From NCBI GenBank assembly GCA_043773025.1, contig JAYVFP010000261.1, positions 1 through 64,000 on the forward strand: 64,000 nucleotides of DNA, written 5' to 3'. The notes under the pieces were generated by a model. It was not told where the DNA came from, did no database searches, and worked only from the letters and a program-made list of their open reading frames with translations. Position numbers and translations under genes: made by a program. Source of the stretch: Archangium sp. (GTDB taxonomy: Bacteria > Myxococcota > Myxococcia > Myxococcales > Myxococcaceae). Positions 1 through 9,798 of this stretch are shown in pieces; position 1 is the first letter of the stretch, and each line of letters begins with the position of its first letter.

Positions 1-563
1 CCCCGCCGTCCACCTCGGCCCCGTGCGCCCGCGCACGGCACCAACCCTCGAGGTGGCGATCAACTGAACAACACGACAACAACCTTGACGCTCACCGCCA
101 CAGTTCCGGCTCTACTTCGCGCACCTGCTCCTGTGGGCGGAACGGAAGGAGGAGGCGAAATCTGAGCTTGTGGACGCAGCGAGGCTGCTGCGTGCCCACC
201 ACCCCGACCTCGCGGCGACCGCAGAGGCCATCGAGTTGAAGCCCGGCAGGGACTCGACCTCGTCAGAGCTTGCCGCCGTGAGGGCCCTGCGCTTCGAACT
301 CAACGATCGCACCAACCTGGAGCGGGACCTCCTCCTGCTGGATTTCGAGCAGCCAAACTAAGAGTGGCGGGCAGTGTCTCCCGAATCTCTCCCGCGAGGG
401 GGGCGGCGGGAGCAAGATCGGGACATGTCGAGCAAGAGCGTCCGCGAGACCGAATCCCTCGAAGGACCGGGCGCTGGGTTGAAAGGCGAGTGCCATCACC
501 GTGTTGGCCAAGTGCCTTCGAGGGAGTTCAAATCTCTTTTCCCGCTCCAGAATGCAGTGAAGA

Positions 564-590
564 AGCCCCGGTACCCCCGGGGCTTTTTCT
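564..590 (+). terminator. intrinsic terminator in the 5' non-coding region
   Basis: AGCCCCGG-TACCC-CCGGGGCT followed by TTTTTCTTT. Confidence 0.6.
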
Positions 591-728
591 TTGCGGGTGC
601 GTTCAGCTTCATCAGCAAGGCGCGGGCGGACGTGGGCCCGATGAGATTGGCGTCCGTTCCGCCACGCGCGCCTTCCACGCTCGCTCGACTGTCTCGCTCC
701 TCGTGACTCCCGTCTGGGTCTCTCTTGA

Positions 729-2048
729 CTACGGCGCGAGCGTCGGCGGCTTGTAGAGCAACACATCACCCGTCGTAGACCGCGCCAGCACCAGCACGTT
801 GCGCAGCGGGCTGTAGCGAATGCGCCCGTAAACACCGTTGGGTGGAAACGCGCCGGGGTCGTCACCCGTGGTCGTCGCCGTCACCCAGGTGTTCGTCGCA
901 GGGTCGAGCCACGAGAGGTCGCGCCCACCCGTCCACGCGACGAAACGATCGAGGCCGCGCACGTACTCGAAGCCGAGCTGCGAGCGCAGCGGGGCGCTCA
1001 AGCCAGTCGAGGTGATGGCCGTGCGAGGCACGCCGCCCGCCGTGAGATCCCACTGCTGCAACGTCACGCCGTCGCTGGTCACCACCAACCGGTTGCGCGA
1101 GGCGTCGACCGCCGCGCCCGAGTAGTACGACGCCGTGGCTGCGCCGCTGGGCAACGACTCCCACGCGTCGGTGAGCGCGTCGTAGCGCGCGAGGCCTCCG
1201 TTGCGCGCGTAGTAGAGGCGGCCCTGCGCGTCGCTGGCGCTGGTGCCCCCAATCTGAATGCCGGCGTTGTCGGCCTTGCGAAGCCAGCGACCGGTGGAGA
1301 AGTCGAAGGCCATCACCCGGCGCGACGTCGCCTGGCCCGAGGGGTACAGCGCCGACGAGCCGAGGTTGTAGAAGAAGCCGGTGGCCGACGAGAACGCGAC
1401 GTTGCCGTAGGTGTGCGTGCTGCGCGGTTGTTGATCATCGAGCTGCGAGGCGATGGTCGCGTCGTCACACTTGTCGTGCAACACGTAGCCCGACGGGGTG
1501 AGCCACGCGGGCGGCACGGTGAAGCTGTTCGCGCGCGGGTAGAGGCCGCAGGTCTCGGGGCTCTTGTCGTAGAACGCCGCGGGAATCGGGGCCCCATCGG
1601 CGAGCCCGTCGAGTGCAGCAGGGAGCTCGGTGTGCCGCCGCCACGCCATGCTCCCGAGATCGAAGGCGAAGACGTTGTTGAAGAAGCTGTCACCGTGGCC
1701 ACCGCCGAAGATGATCAATCGGTCGCGCAGCGAGTCGAACGCGCCGCCGCCCCACGCATCCATCACCATGTCGCAGGCGTAGTGGTTCGTCGATTGCGGA
1801 CACACCGCGTCCATGCGCGTGCCGGGCAGCGTCTTCCACGAATTGGGCGGCATCGCGGCGATGACGGCGTCGACGGGGCCGGTGCCTGCATCGATGGGCT
1901 CGACCACCCCCGCGTCGGCGAGCTCCGAGCCTGCGTCGGTCAGCGCGACTCCAGCGTCTTCACCGCTCGACGCGTCGGGCAGGCCCGCGACCGTTCCCGA
2001 ACAGCTCAACAGCACACACGCGCACAACACCGCCGATGGCTTTCTCAC
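729..2048 (-). CDS. secreted lipoprotein, Kelch/galactose-oxidase-like beta-propeller (hypothetical)
   Basis: 439-aa ORF. N-terminal lipoprotein signal (MRKPSAVLCACVLLSCSG). Repeated Gly/aromatic blades typical of beta-propellers. No catalytic motif recognised. Confidence 0.5.
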   Translation of the reverse strand: MRKPSAVLCACVLLSCSGTVAGLPDASSGEDAGVALTDAGSELADAGVVEPIDAGTGPVDAVIAAMPPNSWKTLPGTRMDAVCPQSTNHYACDMVMDAWGGGAFDSLRDRLIIFGGGHGDSFFNNVFAFDLGSMAWRRHTELPAALDGLADGAPIPAAFYDKSPETCGLYPRANSFTVPPAWLTPSGYVLHDKCDDATIASQLDDQQPRSTHTYGNVAFSSATGFFYNLGSSALYPSGQATSRRVMAFDFSTGRWLRKADNAGIQIGGTSASDAQGRLYYARNGGLARYDALTDAWESLPSGAATASYYSGAAVDASRNRLVVTSDGVTLQQWDLTAGGVPRTAITSTGLSAPLRSQLGFEYVRGLDRFVAWTGGRDLSWLDPATNTWVTATTTGDDPGAFPPNGVYGRIRYSPLRNVLVLARSTTGDVLLYKPPTLAP

Positions 2049-2083
2049 CGGCGCACTGTACGCGGCCCCTCAGGAAGCGTTGG

Positions 2084-2893
2084 TCACGTGATGTCCCAGA
2101 GGAGCCGGTAGTAGCGGGCGCGAGCAGGGTCGGGAGACACGCCGTACGCGTCGAGCAGCGCGCCTTCGTAGCCGGGCCCGTAGTTCCACTGCGCGCTCCA
2201 CGCGGCGATGGCGAGATCAGACCAGCGATCGGCCACGCCCAGCGCGCCGAGATCGACGTGGCCCGTGCAGTGACCCTCGTCGTCGATCAACGTGTTCGGA
2301 CCCGTGGCATCGCCGTGGCAGACCACGAGCTTGTCGACCGGCGGTGAGTCAGCGAGCTTCGCGAACGCTTCGTGGATGTCGAGGTCGCGATGCGAGGGGT
2401 GCCAGGTCGAGCGCTGCACCTTGCCGAGTGCGGCCTGCCGGCGGAGCTCGGTCAGCAGCACCGCGGGCTCCGCCGAGAACGGACATTGGTCGACCGGAAG
2501 CCGATCGTGAAAGGCACGCAGTCCAGCGCCGATCGCTTTGACTGCGCTCGCGGGGTCGCTCCTCCAGCGGCCTGAGACTGCGCTCTCTCCGGGAAGTGCT
2601 CGCGTTACGAGCCAGGACCCTGATGCATCGGCGCCGTGATCGAGCACTTCGGGGACATGGCCCCACGCGCGTGCCCAGATCATTCTGACTCGCTCGGCTT
2701 CGGTCGCCAAGCGGCTCTCTCCCGGCGTCCACTTGCAGAAGACGCGATCAGCGCCGCTGCCTATTTCCCAGGTCAGGCCTCCGTGATCGTTTCGCCAGAT
2801 GAGGTGGGCAAGGCGACCGGCAGCGAGGGTGTGCACTCGCGGCGGTACGGGCTGATTTTCTTTAGGCCGTCCGGCAACCATAGACTCCAGCAT
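2084..2893 (-). CDS. aminoglycoside 3'-O-phosphotransferase, APH(3') family
   Basis: 269 aa. C-terminal block VVCHGDATGPNTLIDDEGHCTGHVDLGALGVADRWSDLAIAAW...YYRLLWD closely matches the APH(3') catalytic and Mg-binding motifs (HGDxxxxN...D.GR.GVADRYQDLA). Confidence 0.75.
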   Translation of the reverse strand: MLESMVAGRPKENQPVPPRVHTLAAGRLAHLIWRNDHGGLTWEIGSGADRVFCKWTPGESRLATEAERVRMIWARAWGHVPEVLDHGADASGSWLVTRALPGESAVSGRWRSDPASAVKAIGAGLRAFHDRLPVDQCPFSAEPAVLLTELRRQAALGKVQRSTWHPSHRDLDIHEAFAKLADSPPVDKLVVCHGDATGPNTLIDDEGHCTGHVDLGALGVADRWSDLAIAAWSAQWNYGPGYEGALLDAYGVSPDPARARYYRLLWDIT

Positions 2894-2920
2894 TTCATCT
2901 TCGTGCGGCCCTCACCCCAA

Positions 2921-2943
2921 CCCTCTCCCACAGAGAGAGGGAG
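2921..2943. repeat. REP-like hairpin CCCTCTCCC-N-GGAGAGGG preceded by GGCCCTCACCCC
   Basis: Inverted repeat read directly from the sequence. The same composite motif recurs at 21650-21672 and, reverse-complemented, at 57357-57390. Confidence 0.6.
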
Positions 2944-2955
2944 ACAATGTAGGCG

Positions 2956-4080
2956 TCAGGGCAGCGTGAAGGTCGAGATGGTCACGCCCGCGCCCTGATT
3001 GCCACCGTTCGCGTCGCCCGGCTGAAACTGCCCGCAGTACCAACGCGTCACCCCATTCGCGCGTACCTCGACCTCGTAGGGGATCGGGCCAGGTGAAGAG
3101 CAGTGTTGGTAGTAGACGACCCGCGCGATGTACGTGCCGCTCGTGGGGGTGACGCCGGGCGAGTAGATGATGTTCTCCACGTTGATGTTGTCGATCCGAC
3201 AGGCGGCGTTGGAGTCGACGTCGAGCCAACCCTTCGCTCCACAGTTCGGAATGGGGATGGGAATGGGGAATGGCAGCGGCGGCGCGTTGGGGTTCACGCC
3301 GGGCTTGGCGTAGTAGATCTCGCAGGTGCCCCCGTCGGGCAGCGGCTCGACGAGGTGCAGGTCGAGATCCTCTGGCTGGTTGAAACGCAGGGTCACCTGC
3401 ACCGGCCCCGAGCGTCCGCGCAGTTGGCACTGGTTGCTGAGGCACTCGTACCCCTTGGGGCACTCGGTGGTGCACGACATGGTGCCCGCGTCGAAAGGCA
3501 AGCAGCGCGTGGTCATGCCCGCGTCGTCGAAGGTGGGCTGACCCGAGCCTCCGCCACCACCGCCGCCGGTGTTACCGGCCATGCAGGTGTTGGTGCCGAG
3601 ATCGCAAATGCTGCCGGGCACAGGGCAGTCGTCGGGCGAGACGCACTGCACACAGGCGCCGTTGGGGAAGACGGTCGGGTCGCACGCGGGCGTCGCTCCG
3701 CTGCAGCCGTTGCCCACCATGCAGACCACGCACTTGCCCAGACCCGCGTTCGAGATGGTTTGACAGATGGGCGTCGCGCCGCCGCAGCCCAGGTTCTCCG
3801 TGCAGGTCTTGCAGGTGTTGGTGGCGGGATCGCAGACGGGCGTGGTGCCGAAGCAGGTCGCAGTACAGCCACTGCCCGCGTCTTCACCCGAGCCCCCGCC
3901 CGCACCAGAGCCTCCGCCGAGACCCGAGCCGATGGGCGTCGCGCACTTGAAGGTGAGCGGATCGCACGTGAGCCCCGTGCCGCACCGCACGCCGTCGCAG
4001 GGATCGTTCGAGGTGGGCCCGCATTGACATCCGAACCAGGCAGAGACGAAGAACGCGATGGTGAAGGCACGGAGCTTCAT
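2956..4080 (-). CDS. secreted Cys-rich repeat protein with C-terminal beta-sandwich-like domain (hypothetical)
   Basis: 374 aa with signal peptide. Multiple CxxxC / 'C..TxxC' modules separated by Gly-rich linkers. Contains a PIPIPIP motif. Resembles myxobacterial Cys-rich repeat proteins. Confidence 0.5.
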   Translation of the reverse strand: MKLRAFTIAFFVSAWFGCQCGPTSNDPCDGVRCGTGLTCDPLTFKCATPIGSGLGGGSGAGGGSGEDAGSGCTATCFGTTPVCDPATNTCKTCTENLGCGGATPICQTISNAGLGKCVVCMVGNGCSGATPACDPTVFPNGACVQCVSPDDCPVPGSICDLGTNTCMAGNTGGGGGGGSGQPTFDDAGMTTRCLPFDAGTMSCTTECPKGYECLSNQCQLRGRSGPVQVTLRFNQPEDLDLHLVEPLPDGGTCEIYYAKPGVNPNAPPLPFPIPIPIPNCGAKGWLDVDSNAACRIDNINVENIIYSPGVTPTSGTYIARVVYYQHCSSPGPIPYEVEVRANGVTRWYCGQFQPGDANGGNQGAGVTISTFTLP

Positions 4081-4128
4081 CGCCCCGGCTTACACCTCCC
4101 TCGCCCCGAGAGACTGATGAAAGAGGTG

Positions 4129-4355
4129 CCTCGACTCCGCTCGGAACGAACGGACACCGCTCATCCCGAGCGGAGTCGAGGGATTACCTCGTCTTCGAGC
4201 GGCAAGTGCCCCCTCGACTGCGCTCGGGGAGACCGGTGATGAAACCCGATTCCTATTTCCGCCAACCCTCTCGGGACGAACGGACACCGCTCATCCCGAG
4301 CGGTGTCGGCTCGGGGAGACCGGTGATGGAAACCGATTCCTATTTCCGCCAACCC
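4129..4355 (+). repeat. composite dispersed repeat: S module (CCGAGCGGAGTCGAGGG, inverted pair) plus two copies of T module (CTCGGGGAGACCGGTGATGAAACCCGATTCCTATTTCCGCCAACCC)
   Basis: Direct sequence comparison. Related copies occur at 12862-12958, 36477-36501 and 42753-42960. This copy lies 10 bp from the stop of the 1810-aa gene. Confidence 0.8.
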
Positions 4356-4365
4356 GCGGGCGCCG

Positions 4366-7300
4366 TCACCTGGCCCGAGGTTTGCGGCCACGCGAAGGCA
4401 GCGCCTTGAGCAACTCCAGAGCCTCCTTCGTGTGCTGCCAAACAGTCATCGCCTTCACGCTGCCCTCCGAATCGCCCTGAAGCACCGTGCGAGCCGCGAG
4501 CGCGAGCTCCGACAACCGCTCCTGAATGAGCAGCATCTGCATGGCGACCTCTTCGCGGAACGCGCCGTCATTCTCGGAGTTTTGAGCCTGGTTCTTCGCA
4601 TTCAGAGCGATCTGTTCCAACACGGGCCCCAGATCGAGAGGAGCCGCCGCGGCAACCGGCTGAACGCGTACGGCCTCCGACAACTTCTCCAGGTACGGAG
4701 TCAGATCGACTGCCGGCACGTTGTTCTTCGCCAACGACTTCCCGAGCGTGAGCACCGCTTCTCGCAGCCCCTCGAGCCGCGCGCTCACGTCAGGTCGAGG
4801 CTGCGAAATGGCCGCGACCAGCGCATCGATCCGCGGACCCACCAGGTCGACCTTCGGCTCCTGTGAGTCCGTGGGCGCCTTGCGAGCCGCGTCGATGATC
4901 ACGTCCTTGAGCTGACCCAGCTCGACGCCGAGCGACGCAATCGAGCCCGTCACCCGCACCACGGGGTCGTCCTCTGCCCCACCCTGCACCTGGATGCGCT
5001 TGAAGCCGCGCTTGATTTCTTCCCACCTCGTGCGCTGCTCCGGGCTCTGCCGTTTCCGCAGCTCAGCGAGCTTGAGCAGGTTCTGCTCGGCGGCCGCGGT
5101 GAGCGTCTGCGACTCAGAGGCGTAGTGACCATCGAGCAGCACCTCGAGCTCGGCCTCGGTCATCGCGGCGACGATCTTCTCCGCGAGCTTGCTCATGTTG
5201 CGGTAGCTGCCCTGCAGCTTGAAGGGCGGCTCGGTGCGGAACCGATCATCCTGCGAGGCGCTCTTGATGTACTCCTGGTTCACCATCAGCAGCGTCTTCT
5301 GCACGTACGCGAAGCGCCGGGTGACCTCGACGATCTCGTTGAGCTCAGCCGCGCTGTACCCGTGCTCCATCTCGTTGACCGAGATGGGCCCGCCCTGCGC
5401 CATCGCGAGCACCCGGTGCAGATCACCCGTGGACCGCGTGAGCAAGGGCGCGGTGACCGCGTTCGCCGTGAGCGCGTTCTCCAGATAGCTGAGCGCGAAG
5501 AGATCCTTCTTGCCCCCCAAAATGTCGCCCAGGTTGTAGGTGTCGGCACGGTTGGCGAGCATGTCGGGAATGCGGAAGCGCTCGCCTGACTCGGTGTACG
5601 GGTTGCCGGCCATCACCACGCAGAACTTCTTGCCGCGCAGGTCGTACGTGCGCGTGCGGCCATTCCACACGCCTTCGACCTTGCGGGTGGCGTCGCACAA
5701 CGAGATGAACTTCTGCAGCAGCTCGGGGTTCGTGTGCTGGATGTCGTCGAGGTACAGCATCACGTTGTTGCCGAGCTCGAAGCTGAAGTTGATGCGATCG
5801 ACCTCTTGCCGGGCCGTGGCGTTGGGCGCCTCGGTGGGATCGACGCTGACCACCTCGTGACCCAACGACGGGCCGTTCACCTTCACAAAGGTGAGGCCCA
5901 GGCGGCTGGCGACGTACTCCATCAACGTGGTCTTGCCGTAGCCGGGTGGTGAGACGAGGAGCAACAGGCCCATGCGATCGGTGCGTTTGTTCTCACCTGC
6001 CACGCCGAGCTGCTTGGCGAGGTTGGCGCCGATCAGCGGCAGGTAGACCTCGTCGATGAGCCGGTTGCGCACGAAGCTCGAGAGCACCTTGGGCTTGAGC
6101 TCCTCGAGCCGCAGCTTGTGGCGGGCCTCGTCGAGCAGCACGCGCACCCTGGCGCGGTACTTCTGCCAGGAAGGCGTGCGCTCTTCGCGGAACCAGGTCA
6201 TGCGCTGCTCGAGCTCGTCGATGCGCACGGTGAGGCTCTGCGAGGTGATGCGCGGGTGCTGGCCGAGCAGACCTTTCGCTTCGAAGGCGAGCGGCGCCGA
6301 CGAGATGGCGCGTGACAACACGTGTTCGTCAGCCGCGATCAACGCCGCCGCTTCGGGAACGACGAGCAACCAATCGGCCGAGCGGGGCCCCGCCTGCTTC
6401 GCGTGCGCCTCCAGCCACTCCCGCGCGAGGCGGAACCGGCCGGCCACATCGCCTTCGAGCGCGCGCAGATCGTCGTCGAACACCAGCCGCTGGCCGGCGA
6501 GATCGAGCGAGCTGAAGAGATCATCACGCAGCGCGATCGCATCACCTGCGACCACGAAGCGCAGCGGCTCCTGCGCCAGCTCTTCTGCGAGGTACCGCGC
6601 GGCGACGGCCAGCTCAGGCGCGCTCACCTTGAGCCGCGAGCTCTCCACGAAGGTCTTGAGCGACGGCGTCAGCTCGTTCGCCACCGTCTCGAGCGCTGCG
6701 CTCCCCGGGTACCGCACCCGCAGCCGGCCCAGGCTCATCGCGCGCCGGTGGAACGCGGTCTTCAGCGTCTCGTCGCGCCAGCCCGCCCAGCACAAGGTGG
6801 CCAGCGTGCGAGGCCACGAAGGGAACCGCAGCAGATCCGCGCCTTCGTACACCTTGAGCAACTGCCCCAGGATGATCGCGGCATCTGAGTCATGCACGCC
6901 GCGCTCGTACCCATCGTCGAGCCGCTGCTGACTCCACTCACGGGTGATCGCGAGCAACCCCGCGCCCCGTTCAGCCGCGTGGAGCGAAGCCAGCGTCAGC
7001 CCCTTCTCACCCGACTCCGCCGCCTTGAGGATCAAGTGCGCGAGGAACTCGCCGCGGTACACCTCGGGTGATTCAGAGGTGAGGTTCTGATCCCAATACG
7101 CGCGCGCGGCGTCGATGTCGGGATCGCTGAGGCGCTGCAGGTAGTCAGAGCCCGACAGCTGAAGATACAGCCCGTCTTCGCGCGGAATGACCGTCGCTTC
7201 GAGCGGCTGCGTGTTCACGTTGAAGCGATACGGCCCCAGCTTCACCACCGCGGTGCCGCCCTCGAAGAGATCCTTGCGATCTCTGAGCTGCCGCAGCGCA

Positions 7301-9798
7301 TCTTGCTTGGCGGTCTTGAGCCGCGAGTCGAGCTCATCGGCCTTCACCGAGTCTTGCAGGGCCAACAACTGCGCGGTCAGGCTGCGCAGCTTCTGAATCA
7401 TCGGGTCGGCGGCGAAGTAGGTGTTGAGCTCGTCGTCGGTCGCGAACACCCTCCTCGTCACCGACTGCAGAATGCGATCGGCCGCGTCGAACAGGTTCTG
7501 CGCGCGCCGGTTGCGCTCGTCGACCAGCACCTGCTTGCGGCGCCCGAAGGCCTCGAGCAGCTCTTCACGACGGGTGGTCAGCTCGGCTGCGAACTCGTCG
7601 AAGTCCGAGAAACGCCCCTCCATCTCTTCGAGCTGCAAGGTGAGCCTGGTGAGCTGCTCGTCACACTTCTCGGGGCTGTCGACCAACGACAAGGCGCTGT
7701 CGATGCTCTGCGCGAACAGCTTGAACTGGCTCGCGAACTCACCGCGTTTCTCCGTACCGGTGAGCTCCTTCTTCTTCGCCTGCACCGTGGCGCGCGCGCG
7801 GTTCAGCTTCGAGAACACCTCAGAGATGTCTTCGAGGATCTTCGCCTTCTGCGTGGGGTCGCCCGCGTTGAGCCCGCCCACCACTTCACCCAGCAACGAG
7901 AGGCCGGCGCTCAGGCGCTCCACCTCGGTGACCAGCGGCGCCAGCTCGACGGTCTTGGTGACCTTGTCGGTCTGCACCGCCACCACGTGAACGCCCGCGT
8001 GCAGGGGCTCGAAGGCTTTAGGGGTGAGCAAGAACTCGACGCACCGCTTCGAGACGTCCTCGAAGGCCTTTCGCACTTCGTTTTCCATCGCCTCGATCTT
8101 CGGCAGCTCGATGTACCGAACCTCGCGCACCGTGATCAGGTGACCGAGCTGTTTGCGCAGCTCGGCCAGCGTGTCCATGAACGCGTCGGTGGTGGCGAGG
8201 TCGTCGGTGGTGACCTTCGAGAGCAGCGCCTGCTGCGTCGTGGTGGCCTGGCCGAGCGCTTCGGCCGCGCGGCGCTGCATCGAGAGCACCTTCTCGAACT
8301 CGTCGACGATGAGCTCAGCGTTCTTCTTGAGCTCGACGATGATCGGCAGCAGCGCGACTTCGGCGTGGCCCAGCCAGTGGAACTGGTCGATCACCCGGGT
8401 GCACGAAGAGATCAGCGCTTCATAGGTGCGGCGGGTCACCTGCTGCGCTTCAGCCAGCCGCTGCAGCGTGAGCACCTCAGAGATCCCGCGCACCAGCTCG
8501 GCGTTGCCCAGCTTGCCCAGCGCACCCTGCGGCGTCGGCGCGTTCGCCGCGAACTCGGCTGAGACGAACGGCGTCTGCCAGACCTGCACCGGATGAATGC
8601 GCGTGGGCTCATCAGAGGTGGCGCGGAAGACCACCATCTGCCCGTCGGGAAAAATGGAATAGCCGTGGCAGGTGATGGGCGCTGCGATCTCCTTGCGCAC
8701 CAGGTTGTACGGAAACAACACGTACTTGCCCTGGGCACGCTCGAAGAAGACGTAGAGCACGTCTTCTCCGTTGGGGCTGACCACCTTGCGCTGGAAGACG
8801 AGGCCACCGACGTCGGCCTCGAAGACCTTCGCTTCGCCGGTCTGCAGCACGAAGCCGCCGGGGAAGATGATGCCCTGCTCTTCGGGCAACGAGACACACG
8901 ACTGGCCAATCGCGTCAGCGCGGGTGACCTGGCGGGTGCGGGTGTTGAAGACGAGGTAGCGGTACGCGTCTTCGCGGAACGGCAACACCTTCAAGAGGAT
9001 CAACGCGCCGATGCGCACGAACCAGAACTCGGCGTCGTCGAGCGACTGGATCGCCTCGTGAACGGGCTCGACGTAGATGCCCTGCCCCGTCTCGGTGTTG
9101 TTCTCTATCTTGATGGTGAGATCGCCGCCCACCGTCTCGATGAAGAGTTCATCGAGGATGTTCACGTGCGGGTGCCGGCCCAACACGAAGTTCTCGCGCG
9201 TGGCCCGCGTGTATTCGAAGTCGTGCGTGGGCGGGATCACCACGTCGGCATCGCCGCGGTTGTCGAGGTACGTCAGCCGCCCCGAGGTATCGACCCCGAA
9301 ACGCAGCACCTTCACGTCGCGCAGCGTGTGGCCCGTCTTGAAGGTGGCCAGCAGCCGCGACTCGTTCTTCTCGAGGTGGTTGAGCCGCGCGTCTTTGTAG
9401 AAACGGAAGAGCTCTTCGAAGTCCTTCACGAAGCCGCGGTCTTCCAGGAAGCCGTGGCCGTCGCTGCGCGGCAGCTCTGAGAAGTCGAACGTGCCGTCGG
9501 CCCCGCGCACGAACTTGTGCAGCGAGAACGCGTCTTTCACCGAGCGATCCTGCTTGAGCCCCATGAAGACGTTGAACCCGAGGAGCAGGTGCTGCCCCAC
9601 CGGCACGATGTCGCGCGGCACGCAGTTGTGCTCGGTGCGCACCCGCTCGGTGGCGAGCACGGCGAGCTCCTGCCCGCCGAACTCGGTGCGGCGCCGCGTG
9701 TTGAGCGCGTTGGTGCGCTCGCCCAATGACTTGGCGGTCGTCAGCAAGCGGCCACGAATCACCTCGTAGCTGCCACCGGCCATCGTGTCGGAGGCCAC
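4366..9798 (-). CDS. giant (1810 aa) coiled-coil protein with MoxR/AAA_5-like ATPase module
   Basis: Single uninterrupted ORF. Walker A LLLVSPPGYGKTT, Walker B VMLYLDDIQ (DD variant). MoxR-like downstream signature NPELLQKFISL...FCVVMAGNP...RFRIPDMLANRAD at about aa 1235-1400. About 700 aa of E/L/K/R-rich predicted coiled coil lies between an N-terminal ~430-aa globular region and the ATPase. The GTG start overlaps the flotillin stop (TAAGTG); an alternative ATG lies at 9783. Confidence 0.7.
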   Translation of the reverse strand: MASDTMAGGSYEVIRGRLLTTAKSLGERTNALNTRRRTEFGGQELAVLATERVRTEHNCVPRDIVPVGQHLLLGFNVFMGLKQDRSVKDAFSLHKFVRGADGTFDFSELPRSDGHGFLEDRGFVKDFEELFRFYKDARLNHLEKNESRLLATFKTGHTLRDVKVLRFGVDTSGRLTYLDNRGDADVVIPPTHDFEYTRATRENFVLGRHPHVNILDELFIETVGGDLTIKIENNTETGQGIYVEPVHEAIQSLDDAEFWFVRIGALILLKVLPFREDAYRYLVFNTRTRQVTRADAIGQSCVSLPEEQGIIFPGGFVLQTGEAKVFEADVGGLVFQRKVVSPNGEDVLYVFFERAQGKYVLFPYNLVRKEIAAPITCHGYSIFPDGQMVVFRATSDEPTRIHPVQVWQTPFVSAEFAANAPTPQGALGKLGNAELVRGISEVLTLQRLAEAQQVTRRTYEALISSCTRVIDQFHWLGHAEVALLPIIVELKKNAELIVDEFEKVLSMQRRAAEALGQATTTQQALLSKVTTDDLATTDAFMDTLAELRKQLGHLITVREVRYIELPKIEAMENEVRKAFEDVSKRCVEFLLTPKAFEPLHAGVHVVAVQTDKVTKTVELAPLVTEVERLSAGLSLLGEVVGGLNAGDPTQKAKILEDISEVFSKLNRARATVQAKKKELTGTEKRGEFASQFKLFAQSIDSALSLVDSPEKCDEQLTRLTLQLEEMEGRFSDFDEFAAELTTRREELLEAFGRRKQVLVDERNRRAQNLFDAADRILQSVTRRVFATDDELNTYFAADPMIQKLRSLTAQLLALQDSVKADELDSRLKTAKQDALRQLRDRKDLFEGGTAVVKLGPYRFNVNTQPLEATVIPREDGLYLQLSGSDYLQRLSDPDIDAARAYWDQNLTSESPEVYRGEFLAHLILKAAESGEKGLTLASLHAAERGAGLLAITREWSQQRLDDGYERGVHDSDAAIILGQLLKVYEGADLLRFPSWPRTLATLCWAGWRDETLKTAFHRRAMSLGRLRVRYPGSAALETVANELTPSLKTFVESSRLKVSAPELAVAARYLAEELAQEPLRFVVAGDAIALRDDLFSSLDLAGQRLVFDDDLRALEGDVAGRFRLAREWLEAHAKQAGPRSADWLLVVPEAAALIAADEHVLSRAISSAPLAFEAKGLLGQHPRITSQSLTVRIDELEQRMTWFREERTPSWQKYRARVRVLLDEARHKLRLEELKPKVLSSFVRNRLIDEVYLPLIGANLAKQLGVAGENKRTDRMGLLLLVSPPGYGKTTLMEYVASRLGLTFVKVNGPSLGHEVVSVDPTEAPNATARQEVDRINFSFELGNNVMLYLDDIQHTNPELLQKFISLCDATRKVEGVWNGRTRTYDLRGKKFCVVMAGNPYTESGERFRIPDMLANRADTYNLGDILGGKKDLFALSYLENALTANAVTAPLLTRSTGDLHRVLAMAQGGPISVNEMEHGYSAAELNEIVEVTRRFAYVQKTLLMVNQEYIKSASQDDRFRTEPPFKLQGSYRNMSKLAEKIVAAMTEAELEVLLDGHYASESQTLTAAAEQNLLKLAELRKRQSPEQRTRWEEIKRGFKRIQVQGGAEDDPVVRVTGSIASLGVELGQLKDVIIDAARKAPTDSQEPKVDLVGPRIDALVAAISQPRPDVSARLEGLREAVLTLGKSLAKNNVPAVDLTPYLEKLSEAVRVQPVAAAAPLDLGPVLEQIALNAKNQAQNSENDGAFREEVAMQMLLIQERLSELALAARTVLQGDSEGSVKAMTVWQHTKEALELLKALPSRGRKPRAR

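Noticed and set aside
89-361. Small plus-strand ORF at the window start (GTG at 170)
   Set aside because: It is short, has no motif, uses a non-ATG start and has no RBS. I retained it only as context for the terminator-containing region.
2084-2893. APH gene as part of a resistance island or transposon
   Set aside because: There is no transposase, integrase, integron attC or GC deviation nearby. It looks like a native chromosomal gene.
3103-4239. 378-aa plus-strand ORF overlapping the Cys-rich secreted protein gene
   Set aside because: It is antisense to a gene with a signal peptide and an ordered Cys pattern. Its own translation is an Arg/Gly/Ala-rich artefact.
7303-8562. Long plus-strand ORFs (419, 295 and 291 aa at 7303-8562, 8593-9480 and 6056-6931) inside the giant minus-strand gene
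   Set aside because: They are antisense to a coherent 1810-aa CDS. They have Arg/Ala/Gly-rich, low-complexity translations typical of high-GC antisense frames, and no motifs.
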